A stretch of DNA of 64,000 bases from an uncultured Clostridia bacterium (GTDB taxonomy: Bacteria; Bacillota; Clostridia; Lachnospirales; Anaerotignaceae): assembly GCA_937901125.1 (NCBI GenBank), contig CALCGT010000059.1:1154-65153 (forward strand), given 5' to 3'. The notes under the pieces were generated by a model, which did not search any database, was not told the origin of the DNA, and saw nothing but the letters and a program-made list of their open reading frames with translations. The translations under genes were made by a program, and so were the position numbers. Shown piece after piece: positions 49,490 to 59,800 of the stretch (the stretch's first letter is position 1; every line of letters starts with the position of its first letter).

Positions 49490-49738
49490 ATGGCTGAAAA
49501 AATTGGGACAGATACTTCCTATATCTGTGTGAAAGCCTTGGAAAAGGGAGTCAACATCATTGGTGTGACCCGCGGTGAGGTGACAAAGATCCACCATACG
49601 GAAAAGCTGGATCGGGGTGAAGTGTTGATTGCCCAGTTTACAGAAAATACCTCTGCTATGAAGATTCGAGGCAATGCGGAAGTATATACCCAGTTTGGTG
49701 TGATTCGTGCCGGCGAAGTGGATATTGAAAGAAAATAA
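49490..49738 (+). CDS. mtrB: trp RNA-binding attenuation protein (TRAP)
   Basis: ATG 49490 follows [62 protein letters not shown] aligns by eye with B. subtilis MtrB as I recall it ([54 protein letters not shown]). Confidence 0.85.
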   Translation: [82 protein letters not shown]

Positions 49739-49825
49739 AAATATTGGGGTAGAAATATTTTCGTGAAAAGCGAAGAAGACTTTTTTAAGATGAAGCTTTT
49801 CATGGGAAATTGAGGAGGATTTCGA

Positions 49826-50821
49826 ATGATGACAGAAATGAATGAAACAAAGAAAATCAAAAAAATCGGCGTACTGACCAGTGGAGGCGATGCCCCCGGC
49901 ATGAATGCTGCTATCCGTGCCGTTGTCAGAACAGCAAAATATCATGGTGTTGATGTGGTAGGCATCCGCAAGGGTTATACAGGACTCATCGGCGGTGAGA
50001 TCAAAGAGATGCACAGCAAGGATGTTTCCAATGTAATGAATCTGGGCGGTACGATCCTGCATACGGCACGCTGCCCTGAAATGATGACAGAAGAAGGTCT
50101 GAATAAAGCGGCTGCCATCTATAAGATTTTGGGGCTGGATGCGCTGGTGGTAATCGGCGGCGATGGTTCTTACCGTGGTCTGGCGGAATTGGCAAAACGG
50201 GGCGTGAATGGCGTTGGTATTCCTGCTACCATCGACTTGGATATGCGTGGCACAGAATATACCATCGGCTTTGATACAGCAGTAAATACCGGTATGGATG
50301 CCCTGAATAAGCTGCGGGATACCTCCAATTCCCATGAACGTTGCTCTGTTGTAGAAGTGATGGGAAGAGACGCAGGCTATATCGCTGTTTGGTGCGGTAT
50401 GTGCGGCGGTGCGGAGGAAGTTATGTTCCCAGAAGAAAAGGAAGTCATCGACAGCAACAGAGTCATCCAGCAGGTTTTAGAGAATAGAAGCATCGGGAAA
50501 CGCCATAATCTTATTGTAGTGGCAGAAGGCGTTGGCGGCACCCAGAAGCTGGCGAAGGATATCCAGGAGATCACAGGGATCCAGACCAGAGCCACCATCC
50601 TAGGCCATCTGCAGAGAGGTGGTAGCCCCACAGCAACAGACCGTATGCACGCTTCCATGATGGGTTATCATGCTGTAAAAGCCATTCTGGGCGGCAGAGA
50701 AAACATTGTCGTTGCATATAACAGAGGCCGATATGAAATTCTGGATCTGTTTGAATCCCTGGAAATGAAGAAGTCTCTGGATCCGGAAATCTATGATGTT
50801 ATCAAAATCTTATCCATCTGA
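49826..50821 (+). CDS. pfkA: ATP-dependent 6-phosphofructokinase
   Basis: IGVLTSGGDAPGMNAAIRAVVR, GGDGSY, and TILGHLQRGG motifs. Confidence 0.95.
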   Translation: MMTEMNETKKIKKIGVLTSGGDAPGMNAAIRAVVRTAKYHGVDVVGIRKGYTGLIGGEIKEMHSKDVSNVMNLGGTILHTARCPEMMTEEGLNKAAAIYKILGLDALVVIGGDGSYRGLAELAKRGVNGVGIPATIDLDMRGTEYTIGFDTAVNTGMDALNKLRDTSNSHERCSVVEVMGRDAGYIAVWCGMCGGAEEVMFPEEKEVIDSNRVIQQVLENRSIGKRHNLIVVAEGVGGTQKLAKDIQEITGIQTRATILGHLQRGGSPTATDRMHASMMGYHAVKAILGGRENIVVAYNRGRYEILDLFESLEMKKSLDPEIYDVIKILSI

Positions 50822-50857
50822 TTCGTGGATACAGAAGAAAAGAGGAGGTAACGCAAT

Positions 50858-52612
50858 ATGCGTAGAACGAAGATCGTCTGCACGTTGGGTCCTGCAACGA
50901 ATGATGTGGAGATCATGAAAAAACTGATCGAAAACGGCTTGGATGCCGCGCGTATCAATTTTTCTCATGGAACCTATGAAAGCCATGCAGAAACCATTGC
51001 GAAGCTGAAGCAGGCCAGAGAGGAACTGAATGCCCCTATTCCTCTGATCCTGGATACAAAAGGCCCTGAAATCCGTATCAAGACCTTTAAGGAAGGCAAA
51101 ATAAGACTGGAAGAGGATGCCCAATTTACCCTGACCACAAGGGAGATGGAAGGGGATGAAACCATCGTTTCTGTGACCTATGCAGATTTGCCGAAGGATC
51201 TGCAGAAGGGCTCCCGTGTCTTGATTGATGATGGGCTGATCGAATTGAGGGTAGACAGCATTGAAGACACGGATGTCCATTGTACAGTCATCAATGGCGG
51301 CAATGTCAGCTCCCGCAAGGGTGTGAATCTGCCTGGGGTGAAGGTGAATCTGCCTTCTTTGATGGAAAAAGATATTTCTGATTTGAAATTTGGCGTGGAA
51401 AACGGATTCGATATCGTAGCGGCATCCTTCATCCGCTCTGCGGCAGATGTTGTGAATATCCGCAGGGTGTTGGAGGAAAACGGCGGTGAAAATATGCATA
51501 TCATCTCCAAGATTGAAAATCAGGAAGGTGTGGAGAACATCGACAGTATTCTGGAGGTTTCTGATGGGATCATGGTTGCCAGAGGCGACCTAGGGGTCGA
51601 AATTCCCCCGGAAGAAGTACCTCTAGTTCAGAAAAGACTGATTGCCAAAGCCAATATGCGGGGCAAACCGGTGATCACAGCTACACAGATGCTGGAAAGC
51701 ATGGTACACAGCCCCAGACCCACCAGAGCAGAAGCCAACGACGTTGCCAATGCCATCTTTGATGGCAGCGACGCCATCATGCTTTCCGGGGAAACGGCAG
51801 CAGGTGCCTATCCGCTGGAAGCAGTAGAAACCATGGCTCGTATCGCCAAGAAAACGGAAAGCAGCATTGATTACGGCAGCAAGATGGTAGGCATTACGGA
51901 GCCTGCCAGAGTGAATATCACAAATGCCATCAGCAGAGCAGCCTGCAATGCGGCAGCAGAGCTGAATACGGCGGCAATTTCCACCATTACCCGTTCTGGC
52001 TTTACGGCAAGGATGATCTCCAAGCATCGTCCCATCTGCCCCCTGCTGGCAAGCACATCCGATGAACGGGTATGGAGACAGATGAACCTGATCTGGGGCT
52101 GCAAGCCCTTGCTGTATCATGGGGAGCTGCCCAAGGGCGGTGTATTCGATACAGCCCTGAAAATCGCAGTCAGCAGCGGCATGCTGAAAAACGGCGATAC
52201 CGTCGTATCTGCCCTGGGGATGCCTCTGGGCTTCAGCGGTGCCACAAACACCCTTCGTGTGGATATTGTGGGTGATGTTCTTTGCAAAGGCAAGGGTGTT
52301 GGCACAAAGAAGGTCAGCGGCACAGCCAGAGTCATCACCACCCGCGATGGTGTGGAACGCACCTTCCACAAAGGTGATATTCTGGTGACCACAGCCACAG
52401 ACAACAGCTTTATGCCCTATATCCAGAAAGCTGCTGCCATCGTGGTAGGTCCGATGGATCAGAATGTGGATTGCCATGCGGAGATCGCCGGCAGTGCGCT
52501 GGATATCCCTGTCATCGTCTGCAATGCCAAGGTAGTGGATTTTATTCCTGCCCACTCGCTGATTACGGTAGATGCAGAGAAAGGCTTTGTTTATAAAGGG
52601 ATTCCCAAATAA
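50858..52612 (+). CDS. pyk: pyruvate kinase with C-terminal PEP-utilizer mobile domain
   Basis: The start is MRRTKIVCTLGPA. 584 aa with the extra C-terminal domain typical of Firmicute Pyk. Confidence 0.95.
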   Translation: MRRTKIVCTLGPATNDVEIMKKLIENGLDAARINFSHGTYESHAETIAKLKQAREELNAPIPLILDTKGPEIRIKTFKEGKIRLEEDAQFTLTTREMEGDETIVSVTYADLPKDLQKGSRVLIDDGLIELRVDSIEDTDVHCTVINGGNVSSRKGVNLPGVKVNLPSLMEKDISDLKFGVENGFDIVAASFIRSAADVVNIRRVLEENGGENMHIISKIENQEGVENIDSILEVSDGIMVARGDLGVEIPPEEVPLVQKRLIAKANMRGKPVITATQMLESMVHSPRPTRAEANDVANAIFDGSDAIMLSGETAAGAYPLEAVETMARIAKKTESSIDYGSKMVGITEPARVNITNAISRAACNAAAELNTAAISTITRSGFTARMISKHRPICPLLASTSDERVWRQMNLIWGCKPLLYHGELPKGGVFDTALKIAVSSGMLKNGDTVVSALGMPLGFSGATNTLRVDIVGDVLCKGKGVGTKKVSGTARVITTRDGVERTFHKGDILVTTATDNSFMPYIQKAAAIVVGPMDQNVDCHAEIAGSALDIPVIVCNAKVVDFIPAHSLITVDAEKGFVYKGIPK

Positions 52613-52627
52613 GATTGATGAGGAAAA

Positions 52628-52668
52628 CGGTAAAAACCTATGGATTTTGGGTTTTTACTGTTTTTTTA
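52628..52668 (+). terminator. terminator after pyk
   Basis: CGGTAAAAACC pairs with GGTTTTTACTG, then TTTTTTT. Confidence 0.75.
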
Positions 52669-52977
52669 TATTTTTTGGCTAAGGATTCAAAATAATGAAT
52701 GAAAAACAATGCAAGAAAAGTACATGCAGAGCATACAAAAGTCCTTGCTATGTGGTCGGAATTTGTTCGGATTGCCTGTTTTTTTGTATAAAAATATTAG
52801 AATTGAAGAAGTTTTTTGTCGAAATGACGAATTGACGGAATCTTTACAGAATGTTAACATATATGACATAAGTTCAGGATATTGAATTCATTCATCCATT
52901 CAAATGAATTTATCGCAATTATAAAAATATCCAGAGCTTATAAATAAAAATCTTATATTTTTTAGGAGGGGAATTTT

Positions 52978-54189
52978 ATGAACACATTGATTAGTGGCGA
53001 CAACACATGGGCTTTGATGGCTATCACATGTGGCTGGGCTGCATTCTCTATTTATGCAGAACAGACATGGAAATGGGCATCCAAAGTATCCGGGGCCATT
53101 GTTGCACTGCTAGGTGCACTGGTTCTGACAAATCTGGGTATCATCCCTACAAACTGCGTATGGTTCGATGATATTTGCTGGGGCTTCGCAGTTCCTATGG
53201 CGATTCCTATGCTTCTGTTGAGCTGCGACATCCGTAAGATTGGTAAAGAAGCAGGGAAGATCCTGATCCTGTTCCTGATCGGTGCCGTTGGTACAACAGT
53301 CGGCGCTATCCTGGGCTTCAAGCTTCTGGGCGGCATGGTAGATCATCTGTCCGGCGTAGCTTCTATTATGACAGGTTCCTACATCGGCGGTACAGTAAAC
53401 TTTGCGGCTCTGTCCGACTCTTTCAACGTACCCGGTGAAACCGTATCTGCTGCAGTAGTAGCCGATAACCTGCTGATGACACTGTACTTCTTTGTACTGA
53501 TCATGATTCCCAGCATCAAATTCTTTGCAAACAAATTTAAACATCCCCACATTGACGAAGTCAATGCAAGAGGCGTGGATGAAGAAGCAAAAACACAGGC
53601 TGCTGCTTACTGGGGCAAAAAACCCATCTCTCTGATGGATATTGCCATCAACGTAGCCATCAGCGTTATCATCGTTTGTGTTTCTACACAGATCGCAGGC
53701 GTTCTGTCCAATGTGATCCCTAAAACAAACGTTGTAACAAGGATTCTGAACGGTCTGTTTGGTAACAAATACCTGATCCTGACAACACTGGCAATGATCA
53801 TTGCAACAATCTTCTCCAAACCTCTGGAAGGTCTGTCCGGCTCTCAGGAAATCGGTACATACCTGATCTACCTGTTCTTCTTTGCTATCGGCGCACCTGC
53901 ATCCATTAAGGCGATTTTCCTGAACGCTCCTCTGTTGCTGGTATTCTGTGCCATCATGGTAATCGTAAACATGCTGTTCTGCTTCATTTTCGGCAAGCTG
54001 CTGAAATTCGACCTGGAAGATTGTATCCTGGCTTCCAACGCATGTATCGGCGGCCCTACAACAGCTGCTGCTATGGCGATCTCCAAAGGCTGGGTAAAAC
54101 TGGTTGGTCCTATTATGTTGGTAGGTACACTGGGTTACGTAGTAGGTACATATTTCGGTACATTTGTAGGTCAGTTCCTGGGTGCGTAA
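52978..54189 (+). CDS. polytopic membrane protein (DUF819 family, putative transporter)
   Basis: 403 aa with about 12 TM helices. The N-terminus NTWALMAITCGWAAFSIYAEQTWKWASKVSGA fits DUF819. Confidence 0.7.
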   Translation: MNTLISGDNTWALMAITCGWAAFSIYAEQTWKWASKVSGAIVALLGALVLTNLGIIPTNCVWFDDICWGFAVPMAIPMLLLSCDIRKIGKEAGKILILFLIGAVGTTVGAILGFKLLGGMVDHLSGVASIMTGSYIGGTVNFAALSDSFNVPGETVSAAVVADNLLMTLYFFVLIMIPSIKFFANKFKHPHIDEVNARGVDEEAKTQAAAYWGKKPISLMDIAINVAISVIIVCVSTQIAGVLSNVIPKTNVVTRILNGLFGNKYLILTTLAMIIATIFSKPLEGLSGSQEIGTYLIYLFFFAIGAPASIKAIFLNAPLLLVFCAIMVIVNMLFCFIFGKLLKFDLEDCILASNACIGGPTTAAAMAISKGWVKLVGPIMLVGTLGYVVGTYFGTFVGQFLGA

Positions 54190-54232
54190 GCATAGACTGA
54201 TTAAGGTCTGAAAAAGAAAGAGGGCAAAAATC

Positions 54233-55204
54233 ATGATTTTCGATGGACATAGTGATATTTTTACGGACGTGACCGTTCGTAGACTGAAAGGTGAAACTCA
54301 GGTACTGAAAAATCACCATCTGCCTCGTCTGAAAGAAGGGAATATTGAAGGGAGTTGCTTTGTTCTGTGGATCGATCCTCCCTATCATGCAAATCCCTCC
54401 AAAAGATTGGGCGAACTGATGCAGTGCATCAAAGACGAAATGGCCGAATGTGATGAAGCCGTTATCGTAAAGAATATCAAAGAAATCGAAGAAGCGAAAG
54501 AAGCTGGCAAATTTTATATTCTGCCCGGTCTGGAAGGCCTTTCTGGTATCGGTGAGGATGTGGATAAAATCGATGAGCTGTATGAGTTTGGTTGCCGCCA
54601 TGCCATGCTGTCCTGGAATGAACAGAATGACTTGGCAACCGGTACAAAGGGCGACCCCAACCGTGGGTTGACAGAGCTGGGCAAGAAAGCTGTAAGAAAA
54701 CTCCATGATAAGCACATGTTGGTGGACGTTTCCCATACCAATGAACGTACCTTCTGGGATATGGCAAAGGTGGGCGGCGGCCCTCTGATGGCATCCCATT
54801 CCAATGCAAGAGCCTTGGCAGATGTGGTAAGAAACCTGACAGATTGTCAGCTGCTGGAAATCAGAGATACCAACGGTATTGTTGGGATGAATTCCTTCAA
54901 TATGTTAGTGCATAAGGAAATTGCGGAACAGACAGTAGATGGTCTGATCAGACACGCAGATTACATTGCAAACAAGATTGGCGTGGAACATTTGGCCTTT
55001 GGCTTTGATTTCTGTGAATTTTTGGATGATGAAGCTGCCGGTTCTTTCAGCGATCAGGAAAATACCTTTACGGTAGGCCTGGAGGACTGCACACACGTTC
55101 CTTTCATGGTAGAACAAATGAAGAAAGCCGGTTTCAGTGACAAGGAACTGGAAATGATTTCTCGTGGCAACTGGATGAATCTGATTCAGAGAGTCATCGG
55201 CTAA
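54233..55204 (+). CDS. membrane dipeptidase family protein (peptidase M19), copy 1
   Basis: MIFDGHSDIF start, and the DVSHTNERTFWDM and ASHSNARAL motifs. Confidence 0.88.
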   Translation: MIFDGHSDIFTDVTVRRLKGETQVLKNHHLPRLKEGNIEGSCFVLWIDPPYHANPSKRLGELMQCIKDEMAECDEAVIVKNIKEIEEAKEAGKFYILPGLEGLSGIGEDVDKIDELYEFGCRHAMLSWNEQNDLATGTKGDPNRGLTELGKKAVRKLHDKHMLVDVSHTNERTFWDMAKVGGGPLMASHSNARALADVVRNLTDCQLLEIRDTNGIVGMNSFNMLVHKEIAEQTVDGLIRHADYIANKIGVEHLAFGFDFCEFLDDEAAGSFSDQENTFTVGLEDCTHVPFMVEQMKKAGFSDKELEMISRGNWMNLIQRVIG

Positions 55205-55226
55205 GCCGAACTTTTTCAAAAGGATA

Positions 55227-55267
55227 AAAAAGACCGAGAGGCTCGATGGAGTTTCTCGGCCTTTTTG
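55227..55267 (+). terminator. hairpin/terminator between the two dipeptidase genes
   Basis: GACCGAGA pairs with TCTCGGCC, then TTTTTG. Confidence 0.55.
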
Positions 55268-55325
55268 TACAAGCGAAGCCTTACGAATGGCTTTAAGGTG
55301 AAACAGAAGAGAAAAGAGGGGTACA

Positions 55326-56297
55326 ATGATTTTTGATGGACATAGCGATATTTTCAGTGATGTTAGATATAAAAGAGAAGCAGGCGAAACAAAGGTGCTG
55401 AAAAACCACCATCTGGAAAGACTGCAGAAGGGTGGCATCGGCGGTGCTTGTTTTGTAATCTGGGTAGATACCTTCAATGGATTTGATCCCAAGGATGAAA
55501 TGGATGCCATTGTGAAAGCGATACAGGCAGAAATGGCAGAAACAGAAGATTTTGTTTTGGTACATAACAGAGAAGAGGCGGAAGCAGCACAGAAAGCAGG
55601 TAAATTTGCTGTCCTGCTGGGAATTGAGGGCTTGGCCGGCATCGGCGAGGATCTGAGCAAGATCGACGCCCTGTATGAAGTGGGCGCCCGCCACGCTATG
55701 CTGACATGGAACGAAGAAAACGCTCTGGCAACAGGCGTAAAAGGCAACCCCGACAGAGGGGTAACAGAGCTGGGCAGAAAAGCCATCAAGATCATTCAGG
55801 ATAAGAAAATGATCCTAGACGTTTCTCATCTGAATGAAAAATCCTTCTGGGATGTGATCGATGCTTCCAATGGCCCTATCCTGGCATCCCATTCCAATGC
55901 AAAAGCTTTGGCAGGCGCAGCGAGAAACCTGACAGACGATCAGCTGAAAGCTATCCGTGATACAAATGGTCTGGTCGGTCTGAATGCCTTTGGCGATTTT
56001 ATCAGCGATATCAAAGAAGAACAGGATGTAGACCATCTGGTGCATCATGCATCTTACATTGCAGATAAGATTGGTGTGGAACATCTGGGCTGCGGTTTCG
56101 ACTTCTTTGAATTTTTAAATGCGGATTCTATGAAGAGCTACAGCGATCAGGACGATTCTCGCCTGAAGGGCATGGAGGATTGCTCCAAAGTTCCTGTTCT
56201 GTTGGAAAAAATGAGAAAAGCAGGCTTTACAGAAAAAGATCTGGAAATGATCAGCGGCGGCAACTGGCTGAATCTGATCCAGAGAGTGATGGGCTGA
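55326..56297 (+). CDS. membrane dipeptidase family protein (peptidase M19), copy 2
   Basis: It is colinear with copy 1 and the same length (323 aa): MIFDGHSDIF, DVSHLNEKSFWDV, ASHSNAKAL. Confidence 0.88.
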   Translation: MIFDGHSDIFSDVRYKREAGETKVLKNHHLERLQKGGIGGACFVIWVDTFNGFDPKDEMDAIVKAIQAEMAETEDFVLVHNREEAEAAQKAGKFAVLLGIEGLAGIGEDLSKIDALYEVGARHAMLTWNEENALATGVKGNPDRGVTELGRKAIKIIQDKKMILDVSHLNEKSFWDVIDASNGPILASHSNAKALAGAARNLTDDQLKAIRDTNGLVGLNAFGDFISDIKEEQDVDHLVHHASYIADKIGVEHLGCGFDFFEFLNADSMKSYSDQDDSRLKGMEDCSKVPVLLEKMRKAGFTEKDLEMISGGNWLNLIQRVMG

Positions 56298-56304
56298 AAA
56301 GAAT

Positions 56305-56345
56305 AAAAAGGAACCCGAGGCTTTCCTCGGGTTTTCTTTTTCTCT
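56305..56345. terminator. bidirectional terminator
   Basis: GAACCCGAGG CTTTC CTCGGGTTT, flanked by A- and T-runs. It lies between convergent genes. Confidence 0.75.
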
Positions 56346-56348
56346 TTT

Positions 56349-56900
56349 TTAGAAGAACTTGGGCGTCATGGCCCAGATAGAGACACAGTCTTCTTCTCCA
56401 TTATTGATGTATTTATGGGGCAGGGAACTGTCAAAATAGATACTGTCCCCTTTATGGAGGATATAGTCCTTGCCATTGAGGAAAACAGTGAGGGTGCCTT
56501 TCAGCACATAGCCGCATTCTTCCCCTTCGTGGCTGATGGCTTTCTTTTCATAGGAATAGCCGCTTTTCAAAGTGATTTCCACCATATCCATGGCACGGTC
56601 GGAACGGGTGGAGTGGAGCAGCTTATAATGGCTGCTGTCGTGATGGGTGACGATGGTTTGATGTTCCCCTTTTCGGGTCACAAAATGTTCTTCTACGGGC
56701 TCTTCGTGGAAGAAATAGTTGATATTGGTATCCAGTGCCTTCGCCAAACGCCACAAACTGGTGACGGAAGGAACGACAAGATCCCGTTCGATCTGGCTGA
56801 TGAGGCCTGTGCTGACATCGGAAAGCTTGGAAAGTTCGGCAATACTCAGCTTTTTTTCTGTTCTAAGTTGCTTTAATTTTGCACCAATCAAAATTTCCAT
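56349..56900 (-). CDS. XRE-family HTH transcriptional regulator with C-terminal cupin domain
   Basis: N-terminal HTH is IGAKLKQLRTEKKLSIAELSKLSDVSTGLISQIERD. The C-terminal cupin has HEGEECGYVLKG...GDSIYFDSSLPHKYIN. Confidence 0.88.
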   Translation of the reverse strand: MEILIGAKLKQLRTEKKLSIAELSKLSDVSTGLISQIERDLVVPSVTSLWRLAKALDTNINYFFHEEPVEEHFVTRKGEHQTIVTHHDSSHYKLLHSTRSDRAMDMVEITLKSGYSYEKKAISHEGEECGYVLKGTLTVFLNGKDYILHKGDSIYFDSSLPHKYINNGEEDCVSIWAMTPKFF

Positions 56901-57109
56901 AGAAGCTTCCCTCCTTGTGATTCATACAATATGTTTAATTCATTTTATCACTTTTGGAAAATGGGAGCAACCATTTTTTCCATGAAGAAAAGATGGAAAC
57001 AAAGAAAGAGAGCAGGAAAGGGATTTCCCTGTTTTCGTTGCAAATTGGGGATTTCTATGCTATGATAAGAAAGATTATATTGAGAAAGAATACACAGAAG
57101 GAGAATATT

Positions 57110-57409
57110 ATGTTAACAAGCAAACAGAGAGCATTCCTGCGTGGGATGGCAAATAGCATCGACGCAATTTTCCAGGTAGGCAAAAACGGCGTGACGCCTG
57201 AATTGAGAGATACCGTACACAATGCATTGGAAGCCAGAGAACTGGTAAAGATCAGTGTTTTGGACAATAATATGCTGGGCGCAAGAGAAGCGGCAGAAAT
57301 GCTGGCAAGCAGAACAGGAGCAGAAGTGGTGCAGGTCATCGGCAACAAATTTGTGCTGTATCGCCCTGCGAAAAAACCTGTGATCGAATTGCCTCCCGTA
57401 AAAAAATAA
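57110..57409 (+). CDS. yhbY: YhbY-like CRM-domain RNA-binding protein
   Basis: ATG 57110 follows AGAAGGAG. LTSKQRAFLRGMANSIDAIFQVGKNGVT...LEARELVKISVL is the YhbY/YqeI pattern. Confidence 0.85.
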   Translation: MLTSKQRAFLRGMANSIDAIFQVGKNGVTPELRDTVHNALEARELVKISVLDNNMLGAREAAEMLASRTGAEVVQVIGNKFVLYRPAKKPVIELPPVKK

Positions 57410-57431
57410 AATCAAAAAAGAGGGGGAGACT

Positions 57432-58556
57432 ATGGCAAATATGTTCGACTATCTGACTTGGCGGGGAGACCTGACTTTGTCCCAGTCTCCTTTTCAGGAT
57501 GTGGATTCCTTGATTTTATCCACATTGGCATACGTATTTTTTGATGGCATCGTATCGGAAAGTATGGAAGAGACCATTCCCATTGCCCAAGTGGCAGAAT
57601 TGTATTTTGCCCGTCCCCGGGAGATCTGGAAATCCAGAGTGGAGGAAGACTGGGAACTGCTGAAGTATCTGGCAGAAAACGAACGCTTTTCCAAAATGGA
57701 ATTATGCGGCTATGTGAATAAGCTGGATTTTGCGGTGGAAAAACAGTTTTCTGCCTTGACTATACTGACAGGAGACGGCATGGCTTTCGTAGCTTATCGG
57801 GGAACAGATTCCTCCTCTGTAGGCTGGAAAGAGGATTTCAACATGAGCTTTATGGATACGGTTCCTTCTCAGCAGGAAGCAGGAATTTATCTTTGTCGGG
57901 CGGCAGAGCATTTCAAAGGAAAGCTGCGGGTGGGCGGTCATTCCAAGGGCGGCAATCTTGCAGTTTTTGCGGCAGCCATGTGTCCGGCAAAGGTGCAGGA
58001 ACGCATCGTGGCAGTGTATAACCATGATGGCCCCGGCTTTCGGGAAGGGATGCTGCAAAGGGAAGGCTACCGAGCTATGCTGCCGCGGGTGCAGACCTTT
58101 GTGCCCCAGTCTTCTGTGATCGGCATGCTGTTGGAACATGAAGAGGAATATGTAGTCATCCGCAGCAGCCAAAAAGGCATTATGCAGCACGATCCTTATT
58201 CCTGGGAGATCATCGGGAAGGATTTTGTGCGGCTGGAAGCCCTGACGGAAAAGAGTCGATTGCTGGATCGAACGGTGAAAGCATGGCTCAACGGTTTGCC
58301 GGAGGAACAGCGGGGAAAATTTGTTGATACGGTGTATGAAGGCATTTCCATCCTTCCGGTGGATGCCTTTAGGGAAATACAGATCTCTCCCAAGATCGCG
58401 TTGCAGGCACTGCGTACCTGGGGCGATGAGGAGGAAGAAACGAAAAAGATTATCGGGGATTCTTTGAAGCTGCTGCTGCAGGCAGCAATAGAAACCGCCC
58501 GGGAATATACGACCCTACCCAGATTGGGCAATTGGGAAAGAAGGAACGAAAAATGA
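57432..58556 (+). CDS. DUF2974 (Mbeg1-like) alpha/beta hydrolase
   Basis: N-terminus [31 protein letters not shown] and nucleophile elbow [10 protein letters not shown]. Confidence 0.75.
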   Translation: MANMFDYLTWRGDLTLSQSPFQDVDSLILSTLAYVFFDGIVSESMEETIPIAQVAELYFARPREIWKSRVEEDWELLKYLAENERFSKMELCGYVNKLDFAVEKQFSALTILTGDGMAFVAYRGTDSSSVGWKEDFNMSFMDTVPSQQEAGIYLCRAAEHFKGKLRVGGHSKGGNLAVFAAAMCPAKVQERIVAVYNHDGPGFREGMLQREGYRAMLPRVQTFVPQSSVIGMLLEHEEEYVVIRSSQKGIMQHDPYSWEIIGKDFVRLEALTEKSRLLDRTVKAWLNGLPEEQRGKFVDTVYEGISILPVDAFREIQISPKIALQALRTWGDEEEETKKIIGDSLKLLLQAAIETAREYTTLPRLGNWERRNEK

Positions 58557-59785
58557 GAAATGAAATTGCGAATTTTAAAGATTGCAAGAGTATTGCCATT
58601 ATGGGCGGTACCTTCGACCCCATCCATCACGGGCATTTGGTAACGGCGGAAGCGGTGCGCCACAGATTTAAAGTTGACAAGGTGATTTTTATGCCTGCGG
58701 GGCAGCCTGCCCATAAGACCAACAAAAAGGTGACCCATAACGAACACCGCTATCTGATGACGGTGCTGGCGACGATGCGAAATGAAAACTTCGAAGTTTC
58801 CCGTATCGAGATCGACCGCCCCGGGGTGACCTATACCATCGATACCATCGAAGCCCTGAAAAAGATGTGCAGACCCGATGTGCGTCTTTATTTTATCACA
58901 GGGGCCGATGCCATCCATCAGATCATGACCTGGAAGGAACCGGAACGGCTGCTTAGCCTGTGCGACTTTGTGGCAGTGACAAGACCCGGCTATGATAGAT
59001 CTAAGCTGTTTGCGGATATTGGCGAAATCAGAGAAAAATTCTCCAGCCGTATCCACTATATGGAAGTGCCTGCCCTGGCCATCTCTTCCTCTGATATCCG
59101 GGAAAGAGCAAGAAAGGGCGAACCGATCAAATATCTGCTCCCCCAGGAGGTAGAGGATTATATCCATAAATTTGGGCTATATCAGGATGATGCAAAGGAT
59201 GAGGTGAAATTTATGCTGCCCATTGAAACAATGCAGGAAAAACTGCAGTCTGCCCTTTCCGTAAAACGTTATATCCATACCATGGGCGTAGCGGAGGAAG
59301 CGGTGAAGCTGGCGGAGATCTATGGTACTGCAGCAGACCGACAGAAGGCGAGAGTAGCTGGTCTGCTCCATGATTGTGCCAAGGATTATCCTGTAAACAT
59401 GAGACTGCGTTTTTGTAAAGAATATAAGGTGAAAACCGATGAAATCATGGAAAAACAGACGGATCTGATCCACCCCTTCCTTGGGGCAGAGGTCGCTAAG
59501 AGGGAATATCAGGTCATGGATGAAGATATCCTGAACGCTATACGTTTCCATACCACAGGGCGTGCGGGCATGTCCATACTGGAAAAGATCATTTTCATTG
59601 CGGACTATATCGAACCCAACCGGGAAAAATTCGGTGGCTTGGATGAAGCAAGAAGACTGGCCTATCTGGACTTGGATCAGGCTATGGAATATATTTTGGA
59701 AAATACCATTGCTTACGTGAAGGCGAGAGGCAGACTGCTGCATCCCCTTTCTCTGGAAGCATTGGAATATTATAAAAATCGTTGA
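58553..59785 (+). CDS. nadD: fused nicotinate-nucleotide adenylyltransferase (NadD) and YqeK HD-domain phosphohydrolase
   Basis: The ATG overlaps the upstream TGA. The N-terminal half has [12 protein letters not shown] and ISSSDIR. The C-terminal half has [16 protein letters not shown]...GLLHDCAK...ADYIEPNR (HD). It is one uninterrupted 410-aa ORF. Confidence 0.85.
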   Translation: MRNEIANFKDCKSIAIMGGTFDPIHHGHLVTAEAVRHRFKVDKVIFMPAGQPAHKTNKKVTHNEHRYLMTVLATMRNENFEVSRIEIDRPGVTYTIDTIEALKKMCRPDVRLYFITGADAIHQIMTWKEPERLLSLCDFVAVTRPGYDRSKLFADIGEIREKFSSRIHYMEVPALAISSSDIRERARKGEPIKYLLPQEVEDYIHKFGLYQDDAKDEVKFMLPIETMQEKLQSALSVKRYIHTMGVAEEAVKLAEIYGTAADRQKARVAGLLHDCAKDYPVNMRLRFCKEYKVKTDEIMEKQTDLIHPFLGAEVAKREYQVMDEDILNAIRFHTTGRAGMSILEKIIFIADYIEPNREKFGGLDEARRLAYLDLDQAMEYILENTIAYVKARGRLLHPLSLEALEYYKNR

Positions 59786-59800
59786 GAAGGAGGGAATATA

